Source of the DNA: Auanema rhodensis
Taxonomy: Eukaryota > Animalia > Nematoda
NCBI GenBank assembly: GCA_964057225.1
Contig: OZ059897.1
Location: 18,476,001-18,540,000, forward strand
Direction of reading: 5' to 3'
DNA length: 64,000 nt
Both the position numbers and the translations under genes were made by a program. This document shows positions 14,252 through 25,600 of this stretch, piece by piece (within the stretch, counting starts at the first letter, position 1; every line of letters starts with the position of its first letter). The notes under the pieces were generated by a model that was not told where the DNA came from, ran no database searches, and saw only the letters and a list, made by a program, of their open reading frames with translations.

Positions 14252-16653
14252 CGTTGAATAACATTGTCCATCGTCTTTGCCTTGAAAAATGGAATCTAAA
14301 AACATCTACTTTTTGCTAAATTATTTTGAAATTTTTCGAAAAAATTTTTGTCAAAATGTTTTTGGAAGCAATGTTGAGTGTACATGGAAACTCAACATAC
14401 ACTAATGCATCATTTTTCAAACGATCATAACTAATTTTTGTATCACGCGTTTCTCAATGTAGTATAGTGCATTCGATGCGGATTTTTAAGCTGCGTCGAT
14501 CTGTGTTATCAGATTTGCGCTAGCTTAAAAATGCACCGAGATATCAACTGATATAAGTTCACACTTATATCCTCGATTTTCACCCTGAAGAATTAATTTT
14601 TTCGTTGAATAACATTGTCCATCGTCTTTGCCTTGAAAAATGGAATCTAAAAACATCTACTTTTTGCTAAATTATTTTGAAATTTTTCGAAAAAATTTTT
14701 GTCAAAATGTTTTTGGAAGCAATGTTGAGTGTACATGGAAACTCAACATACACTAATGCATCATTTTTCAAACGATCATAACTAATTTTTGTATCACGCG
14801 TTTCTCAATGTAGTATAGTGCATTCGATGCGGATTTTTAAGCTGCGTCGATCTGTGTTATCAGATTTGCGCTAGCTTAAAAATGCACCGAGATATCAACT
14901 GATATAAGTTCACACTTATATCCTCGATTTTCACCCTGAAGAATTAATTTTTTCGTTGAATAACATTGTCCATCGTCTTTGCCTTGAAAAATGGAATCTA
15001 AAAACATCTACTTTTTGCTAAATTATTTTGAAATTTTTCGAAAAAATTTTTGTCAAAATGTTTTTGGAAGCAATGTTGAGTGTACATGGAAACTCAACAT
15101 ACACTAATGCATCATTTTTCAAACGATCATAACTAATTTTTGTATCAAGCGTTTCTTAATGTAGTATAGTGCATTCGATGCGGATTTTTAAGCTGCGTCG
15201 ATCTGTGTTATCAGATTTGCGCTAGCTTAAAAATGCACCGAGATATCAACTGATATAAGTTCACACTTATATCCTCGATTTTCACCCTGAAGAATTAATT
15301 TTTTCGTTGAATAACATTGTCCATCGTCTTTGCCTTGAAAAATGGAATCTAAAAACATCTACTTTTTGCTAAATTATTTTGAAATTTTTCGAAAAAATTT
15401 TTGTCAAAATGTTTTTGGAAGCAATGTTGAGTGTACATGGAAACTCAACATACACTAATGCATCATTTTTCAAACGATCATAACTAATTTTTGTATCAAG
15501 CGTTTCTTAATGTAGTATAGTGCATTCGATGCGGATTTTTAAGCTGCGTCGATCTGTGTTATCAGATTTGCGCTAGCTTAAAAATGCACCGAGATATCAA
15601 CTGATATAAGTTCACACTTATATCCTCGATTTTCACCCTGAAGAATTAATTTTTTCGTTGAATAACATTGTCCATCGTCTTTGCCTTGAAAAATGGAATC
15701 TAAAAACATCTACTTTTTGCTAAATTATTTCGAAATTTTTCGAAAAAATTTTTGTCAAAATGTTTTTGGAAGCAATGTTGAGTGTACATGGAAACTCAAC
15801 ATACACTAATGCATCATTTTTCAAACGATCATAACTAATTTATGTATTAAGCGTTTCTCAATGTAGTATAGTGCATTCGATGCGGATTTTTAAGCTGCGT
15901 CGATCTGTGTTATCAGATTTGCGCTAGCTTAAAAATGCACCGAGATATCAACTGATATAAGTTCACACTTATATCCTCGATTTTCACCCTGAAGAATTAA
16001 TTTTTTCGTTGAATAACATTGTCTATCGTCTTTGCCTTGAGAAATGGAATCTAAAAACATCTACTTTTTGCTAAATTATTTTGAAATTTTTCGAAAAAAT
16101 TTTTGTCAAAATGTTTTTGGAAGCAATGTTGAGTGTACATGGAAACTCAACATACACTAATGCATCATTTTTCAAACGATCATAACTAATTTTTGTATCA
16201 AGCGTTTTTCAATGTAGTATAGTGCATTCGATGCGGATTTTTAAGCTGCGTCGATCTGTGTTATCAGATTTGCGCTAGCTTAAAAATGCACCGAGATATC
16301 AACTGATATAAGTTCACACTTATATCCTCGATTTTCACCCTGAAGAAATAATTTTTTCGTTGAATAACATTGTCTATCGTCTTTGCCTTGAAAAAAGGAA
16401 TCTAAAAACATCTACTTTTTGCTAAATTATTTTGAAATTTTTCGAAAAAATTTTTGTCAAAATGTTTTTGGAAGCAATGTTGAGTGTACATGGAAACTCA
16501 ACATACACTAATGCATCATTTTTCAAACGATCATAACTAATTTTTGTATCACGCGTTTCTCAATGTAGTATAGTGCATTCGATGCGGATTTTTAAGCTGC
16601 GTCGATCTGTGTTATCAGATTTGCGCTAGCTTAAAAATGCACCAAGATATCAA
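14252..16653 (-). repeat. Inverted satellite block, 2402 bp (~6.8 monomers), inverted duplicate of 16978-19379
   Basis: It reads as the reverse complement of the monomer from position 346 (CGTTGAATAACATTG...) through six full periods to position 51 (...AAGATATCAA). The order of variants mirrors 16978-19379. Confidence 0.96.
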
Positions 16654-19600
16654 GCGCAAATCTGATAACACAGATCGACGCAGCTTAAAAATCCGCATCG
16701 AATGCACTATACTACATTAAGAAACGCTTGATACAAAAATTAGTTATGATCGTTTGAAAAATGATGCATTAGTGTATGTTGAGTTTCCATGTACACTCAA
16801 CATTGCTTCCAAAAACATTTTGACAAAAATTTTTTCGAAAAATTTCAAAATAATTTAGCAAAAAGTAGATGTTTTTAGATTCCATTTTTCAAGGCAAAGA
16901 CGATGGACAATGTTATTCAACGAAAAAATTATTTCTTCAGGGTGAAAATCGAGGATATAAGTGTGAACTTATATCAGTTGATATCTTGGTGCATTTTTAA
17001 GCTAGCGCAAATCTGATAACACAGATCGACGCAGCTTAAAAATCCGCATCGAATGCACTATACTACATTGAGAAACGCGTGATACAAAAATTAGTTATGA
17101 TCGTTTGAAAAATGATGCATTAGTGTATGTTGAGTTTCCCTGTACACTCAACATTGCTTCCAAAAACATTTTGACAAAAATTTTTTCGAAAAATTTCAAA
17201 ATAATTTAGCAAAAAGTAGATGTTTTTAGATTCCTTTTTTCAAGGCAAAGACGATAGACAATGTTATTCAACGAAAAAATTATTTCTTCAGGGTGAAAAT
17301 CGAGGATATAAGTGTGAACTTATATCAGTTGATATCTCGGTGCATTTTTAAGCTAGCGCAAATCTGATAACACAGATCGACGCAGCTTAAAAATCCGCAT
17401 CGAATGCACTATACTACATTGAAAAACGCTTGATACAAAAATTAGTTATGATCGTTTGAAAAATGATGCATTAGTGTATGTTGAGTTTCCATGTACACTC
17501 AACATTGCTTCCAAAAACATTTTGACAAAAATTTTTTCGAAAAATTTCAAAATAATTTAGCAAAAAGTAGATGTTTTTAGATTCCATTTCTCAAGGCAAA
17601 GACGATAGACAATGTTATTCAACGAAAAAATTAATTCTTCAGGGTGAAAATCGAGGATATAAGTGTGAACTTATATCAGTTGATATCTCGGTGCATTTTT
17701 AAGCTAGCGCAAATCTGATAACACAGATCGACGCAGCTTAAAAATCCGCATCGAATGCACTATACTACATTGAGAAACGCTTAATACATAAATTAGTTAT
17801 GATCGTTTGAAAAATGATGCATTAGTGTATGTTGAGTTTCCATGTACACTCAACATTGCTTCCAAAAACATTTTGACAAAAATTTTTTCGAAAAATTTCG
17901 AAATAATTTAGCAAAAAGTAGATGTTTTTAGATTCCATTTTTCAAGGCAAAGACGATGGACAATGTTATTCAACGAAAAAATTAATTCTTCAGGGTGAAA
18001 ATCGAGGATATAAGTGTGAACTTATATCAGTTGATATCTCGGTGCATTTTTAAGCTAGCGCAAATCTGATAACACAGATCGACGCAGCTTAAAAATCCGC
18101 ATCGAATGCACTATACTACATTAAGAAACGCTTGATACAAAAATTAGTTATGATCGTTTGAAAAATGATGCATTAGTGTATGTTGAGTTTCCATGTACAC
18201 TCAACATTGCTTCCAAAAACATTTTGACAAAAATTTTTTCGAAAAATTTCAAAATAATTTAGCAAAAAGTAGATGTTTTTAGATTCCATTTTTCAAGGCA
18301 AAGACGATGGACAATGTTATTCAACGAAAAAATTAATTCTTCAGGGTGAAAATCGAGGATATAAGTGTGAACTTATATCAGTTGATATCTCGGTGCATTT
18401 TTAAGCTAGCGCAAATCTGATAACACAGATCGACGCAGCTTAAAAATCCGCATCGAATGCACTATACTACATTAAGAAACGCTTGATACAAAAATTAGTT
18501 ATGATCGTTTGAAAAATGATGCATTAGTGTATGTTGAGTTTCCATGTACACTCAACATTGCTTCCAAAAACATTTTGACAAAAATTTTTTCGAAAAATTT
18601 CAAAATAATTTAGCAAAAAGTAGATGTTTTTAGATTCCATTTTTCAAGGCAAAGACGATGGACAATGTTATTCAACGAAAAAATTAATTCTTCAGGGTGA
18701 AAATCGAGGATATAAGTGTGAACTTATATCAGTTGATATCTCGGTGCATTTTTAAGCTAGCGCAAATCTGATAACACAGATCGACGCAGCTTAAAAATCC
18801 GCATCGAATGCACTATACTACATTGAGAAACGCGTGATACAAAAATTAGTTATGATCGTTTGAAAAATGATGCATTAGTGTATGTTGAGTTTCCATGTAC
18901 ACTCAACATTGCTTCCAAAAACATTTTGACAAAAATTTTTTCGAAAAATTTCAAAATAATTTAGCAAAAAGTAGATGTTTTTAGATTCCATTTTTCAAGG
19001 CAAAGACGATGGACAATGTTATTCAACGAAAAAATTAATTCTTCAGGGTGAAAATCGAGGATATAAGTGTGAACTTATATCAGTTGATATCTCGGTGCAT
19101 TTTTAAGCTAGCGCAAATCTGATAACACAGATCGACGCAGCTTAAAAATCCGCATCGAATGCACTATACTACATTGAGAAACGCGTGATACAAAAATTAG
19201 TTATGATCGTTTGAAAAATGATGCATTAGTGTATGTTGAGTTTCCATGTACACTCAACATTGCTTCCAAAAACATTTTGACAAAAATTTTTTCGAAAAAT
19301 TTCAAAATAATTTAGCAAAAAGTAGATGTTTTTAGATTCCTTTTTTCAAGGCAAAGACGATGGACAATGTTATTCAACGAAAAAATTATTTCTTCAGGGT
19401 GAAAATCGAGGATATAAGTGTGAACTCATATCAGTTGATATCTCGGTGCATTTTTAAGCTAGCGCAAATCTGATAACACAGATCGACGCAGCTTAAAAAT
19501 CCGCATCGAATGCACTATACTACATTAAGAAACGCTTGATACAAAAATTAGTTATGATCGTTTGAAAAATGATGCATTAGTGTATGTTGAGTTTCCATGT

Positions 19601-22600
19601 ACACTCAACATTGCTTCCAAAAACATTTTGACAAAAATTTTTTCGAAAAATTTCAAAATAATTTAGCAAAAAGTAGATGTTTTTGGATTCCTTTTTTCAA
19701 GGCAAAGACGATGGACAATGTTATTTAACGAAAAAATTAATTCTTCAGGGTGAAAATCGAGGATATAAGTGTGAACTTATATCAGTTGATATCTCGGTGC
19801 ATTTTTAAGCTAGCGCAAATCTGATAACACAGATCGACGCAGCTTAAAAATCCGCATCGAATGCACTATACTACATTGAAAAAAGCTTGATACAAAAATT
19901 AGTTATGATCGTTTGAAAAATGATGCATTAGTGTATGTTGAGTTTCCATGTACACTCAACATTGCTTCCAAAAACATTTTGACAAAAATTTTTTCGAAAA
20001 ATTTCAAAATAATTTAGCAAAAAGTAGATGTTTTTAGATTCCTTTTTTCAAGGCAAAGACGATGGACAATGTTATTCAACGAAAAAATTATTTCTTCAGG
20101 GTGAAAATCGAGGATATAAGTGTGAACTTATATCAGTTGATATCTCGGTGCATTTTTAAGCTAGCGCAAATCTGATAACACAGATCGACGCAGCTTAAAA
20201 ATCCGGATCGAATGCACTATACTACATTAAGAAACGCTTGATACAAAAATTAGTTATGATCGTTTGAAAAATGATGCATTAGTGTATGTTGAGTTTCCAT
20301 GTACACTCAACATTGCTTCCAAAAACATTTTGACAAAAATTTTTTCGAAAAATTTCAAAATAATTTAGCAAAAAGTAGATGTTTTTAGATTCCATTTTTC
20401 AAGGCAAAGACGATGGACAATGTTATTCAACGAAAAAATTAATTCTTCAGGGTGAAAATCGAGGATATAAGTGTGAACTTATATCAGTTGATATCTCGGT
20501 GCATTTTTAAGCTAGCGCAAATCTGGTAACACAGATCGACGCAGCTTAAAAATCCGCATCGAATGCACTATACTACATTAAGAAACGCTTGATACAAAAA
20601 TTAGTTATGATCGTTTGAAAAATGATGCATTAGTGTATGTTGAGTTTCCATGTACACTCAACATTGCTTCCAAAAACATTTTGACAAAAATTTTTTCGAA
20701 AAATTTCAAAATAATTTAGCAAAAAGTAGATGTTTTTAGATTCCATTTTTCAAGGCAAAGACGATGGACAATGTTATTCATCGAAAAAATTAATTCTTCA
20801 GGGTGAAAATCGAGGATATAAGTGTGAACTTATATCAGTTGATATCTCGGTGCATTTTTAAGCTAGCGCAAATCTGATAACACAGATCGACGCAGCTTAA
20901 AAATCCGCATCGAATGCACTATACTACATTGAGAAACGCGTGATACAAAAATTAGTTATGATCGTTTGAAAAATGATGCATTAGTGTATGTTGAGTTTCC
21001 ATGTACACTCAACATTGCTTCCAAAAACATTTTGACAAAAATTTTTTCGAAAAATTTCAAAATAATTTAGCAAAAAGTAGATGTTTTTAGATTCCATTTT
21101 TCAAGGCAAAGACGATGGACAATGTTATTCATCGAAAAAATTAATTCTTCAGGGTGAAAATCGAGGATATAAGTGTGAACTTATATCAGTTGATATCTCG
21201 GTGCATTTTTAAGCTAGCGCAAATCTGATAACACAGATCGACGCAGCTTAAAAATCCGCATCGAATGCACTATACTACATTGAGAAACGCGTGATACAAA
21301 AATTAGTTATGATCGTTTGAAAAATGATGCATTAGTGTATGTTGAGTTTCCATGTACACTCAACATTGCTTCCAAAAACATTTTGACAAAAATTTTTTCG
21401 AAAAATTTCAAAATAATTTAGCAAAAAGTAGATGTTTTTAGATTCCTTTTTTCAAGGCAAAGACGATGGACAATGTTATTCAACGAAAAAATTATTTCTT
21501 CAGGGTGAAAATCGAGGATATAAGTGTGAACTCATATCAGTTGATATCTCGGTGCATTTTTAAGCTAGCGCAAATCTGATAACACAAATCGACGCAGCTT
21601 AAAAATCCGCATCGAATGCACTATACTACATTAAGAAACGCTTGATACAAAAATTAGTTATGATCGTTTGAAAAATGATGCATTAGTGTATGTTGAGTTT
21701 CCATGTACACTCAACATTGCTTCCAAAAACATTTTGACAAAAATTTTTTCGAAAAATTTCAAAATAATTTAGCAAAAAGTAGATGTTTTTAGATTCCATT
21801 TTTCAAGGCAAAGACGATGGACAATGTTATTCAACGAAAAAATTAATTCTTCAGGGTGAAAATCGAGGATATAAGTGTGAACTTATATCAGTTGATATCT
21901 CGGTGCATTTTTAAGCTAGCGCAAATCTGGTAACACAGATCGACGCAGCTTAAAAATCCGCATCGAATGCACTATACTACATTAAGAAACGCTTGATACA
22001 AAAATTAGTTATGATCGTTTGAAAAATGATGCATTAGTGAATGTTGAGTTTCCATGTACACTCAACATTGCTTCCAAAAACATTTTGACAAAAATTTTTT
22101 CGAAAAATTTCAAAATAATTTAGCAAAAAGTAGATGTTTTTAGATTCCATTTTTCAAGGCAAAGACGATGGACAATGTTATTCATCGAAAAAATTAATTC
22201 TTCAGGGTGAAAATCGAGGATATAAGTGTGAACTTATATCAGTTGATATCTCGGTGCATTTTTAAGCTAGCGCAAATCTGATAACACAGATCGACGCAGC
22301 TTAAAAATCCGCATCGAATGCACTATACTACATTGAGAAACGCGTGATACAAAAATTAGTTATGATCGTTTGAAAAATGATGCATTAGTGTATGTTGAGT
22401 TTCCATGTACACTCAACATTGCTTCCAAAAACATTTTGACAAAAATTTTTTCGAAAAATTTCAAAATAATTTAGCAAAAAGTAGATGTTTTTAGATTCCT
22501 TTTTTCAAGGCAAAGACGATGGACAATGTTATTCAACGAAAAAATTAATTCTTCAGGGTGAAAATCGAGGATATAAGTGTGAACTTATATCAGTTGATAT

Positions 22601-25600
22601 CTCGGTGCATTTTTAAGCTAGCGCAAATCTGATAACACAGATCGACGCAGCTTAAAAATCCGCATCGAATGCACTATACTACATTGAGAAACGCGTGATA
22701 CAAAAATTAGTTATGATCGTTTGAAAAATGATGCATTAGTGTATGTTGAGTTTCCATGTACACTCAACATTGCTTCCAAAAACATTTTGACAAAAATTTT
22801 TTCGAAAAATTTCAAAATAATTTAGCAAAAAGTAGATGTTTTTAGATTCCTTTTTTCAAGGCAAAGACGATGGACAATGTTATTCAACGAAAAAATTATT
22901 TCTTCAGGGTGAAAATCGAGGATATAAGTGTGAACTCATATCAGTTGATATCTCGGTGCATTTTTAAGCTAGCGCAAATCTGATAACACAGATCGACGCA
23001 GCTTAAAAATCCGCATCGAATGCACTATACTACATTAAGAAACGCTTGATACAAAAATTAGTTATGATCGTTTGAAAAATGATGCATTAGTGTATGTTGA
23101 GTTTCCATGTACACTCAACATTGCTTCCAAAAACATTTTGACAAAAATTTTTTCGAAAAATTTCAAAATAATTTAGCAAAAAGTAGATGTTTTTGGATTC
23201 CTTTTTTCAAGGCAAAGACGATGGACAATGTTATTTAACGAAAAAATTAATTCTTCAGGGTGAAAATCGAGGATATAAGTGTGAACTTATATCAGTTGAT
23301 ATCTCGGTGCATTTTTAAGCTAGCGCAAATCTGATAACACAGATCGACGCAGCTTAAAAATCCGCATCGAATGCACTATACTACATTGAAAAAAGCTTGA
23401 TACAAAAATTAGTTATGATCGTTTGAAAAATGATGCATTAGTGTATGTTGAGTTTCCATGTACACTCAACATTGCTTCCAAAAACATTTTGACAAAAATT
23501 TTTTCGAAAAATTTCAAAATAATTTAGCAAAAAGTAGATGTTTTTAGATTCCTTTTTTCAAGGCAAAGACGATGGACAATGTTATTCAACGAAAAATTTA
23601 TTTCTTCAGGGTGAAAATCGAGGATATAAGTGTGAACTTATATCAGTTGATATCTCGGTGCATTTTTAAGCTAGCGCAAATCTGATAACACAGATCGACG
23701 CAGCTTAAAAATCCGGATCGAATGCACTATACTACATTAAGAAACGCTTGATACAAAAATTAGTTATGATCGTTTGAAAAATGATGCATTAGTGTATGTT
23801 GAGTTTCCATGTACACTCAACATTGCTTCCAAAAACATTTTGACAAAAATTTTTTCGAAAAATTTCAAAATAATTTAGCAAAAAGTAGATGTTTTTAGAT
23901 TCCATTTTTCAAGGCAAAGACGATGGACAATGTTATTCAACGAAAAAATTAATTCTTCAGGGTGAAAATCGAGGATATAAGTGTGAACTTATATCAGTTG
24001 ATATCTCGGTGCATTTTTAAGCTAGCGCAAATCTGGTAACACAGATCGACGCAGCTTAAAAATCCGCATCGAATGCACTATACTACATTAAGAAACGCTT
24101 GATACAAAAATTAGTTATGATCGTTTGAAAAATGATGCATTAGTGTATGTTGAGTTTCCATGTACACTCAACATTGCTTCCAAAAACATTTTGACAAAAA
24201 TTTTTTCGAAAAATTTCAAAATAATTTAGCAAAAAGTAGATGTTTTTAGATTCCATTTTTCAAGGCAAAGACGATGGACAATGTTATTCATCGAAAAAAT
24301 TAATTCTTCAGGGTGAAAATCGAGGATATAAGTGTGAACTTATATCAGTTGATATCTCGGTGCATTTTTAAGCTAGCGCAAATCTGATAACACAGATCGA
24401 CGCAGCTTAAAAATCCGCATCGAATGCACTATACTACATTGAGAAACGCGTGATACAAAAATTAGTTATGATCGTTTGAAAAATGATGCATTAGTGTATG
24501 TGGAGTTTCCATGTACACTCAACATTGCTTCCAAAAACATTTTGACAAAAATTTTTTCGAAAAATTTCAAAATAATTTAGCAAAAAGTAGATGTTTTTAG
24601 ATTCCATTTTTCAAGGCAAAGACGATGGACAATGTTATTCAACGAAAAAATTAATTCTTCAGGGTGAAAATCGAGGATATAAGTGTGAACTTATATCAGT
24701 TGATATCTCGGTGCATTTTTAAGCTAGCGCAAATCTGATAACACAGATCGACGCAGCTTAAAAATCCGCATCGAATGCACTATACTACATTAAGAAACGC
24801 TTGATACAAAAATTAGTTATGATCGTTTGAAAAATGATGCATTAGTGTATGTTGAGTTTCCATGTACACTCAACATTGCTTCCAAAAACATTTTGACAAA
24901 AATTTTTTCGAAAAATTTCAAAATAATTTAGCAAAAAGTAGATGTTTTTAGATTCCATTTTTCAAGGCAAAGACGATGGACAATGTTATTCAACGAAAAA
25001 ATTAATTCTTCAGGGTGAAAATCGAGGATATAAGTGTGAACTTATATCAGTTGATATCTCGGTGCATTTTTAAGCTAGCGCAAATCTGATAACACAGATC
25101 GACGCAGCTTAAAAATCCGCATCGAATGCACTATACTACATTGAGAAACGCGTGATACAAAAATTAGTTATGATCGTTTGAAAAATGATGCATTAGTGTA
25201 TGTTGAGTTTCCATGTACACTCAACATTGCTTCCAAAAACATTTTGACAAAAATTTTTTCGAAAAATTTCAAAATAATTTAGCAAAAAGTAGATGTTTTT
25301 AGATTCCATTTTTCAAGGCAAAGACGATGGACAATGTTATTCAACGAAAAAATTAATTCTTCAGGGTGAAAATCGAGGATATAAGTGTGAACTTATATCA
25401 GTTGATATCTCGGTGCATTTTTAAGCTAGCGCAAATCTGATAACACAGATCGACGCAGCTTAAAAATCCGCATCGAATGCACTATACTACATTGAGAAAC
25501 GCGTGATACAAAAATTAGTTATGATCGTTTGAAAAATGATGCATTAGTGTATGTTGAGTTTCCATGTACACTCAACATTGCTTCCAAAAACATTTTGACA

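Larger units (their letters stand above)
1..14252 (+). repeat. Left sub-array, forward orientation, ~40.6 monomers
   Basis: Exact 351-bp phase from 1 to 14041. The last monomer stops at monomer position 212 (...GTTGAGTTTCC). Confidence 0.97.

Noticed and set aside
14252-16653. Simple in-place inversion or transposon insertion
   Set aside because: The breakpoints are not reciprocal (positions 212/346 and 51/77), there is no target-site duplication or foreign DNA, and the SNPs show the block duplicates 16978-19379.
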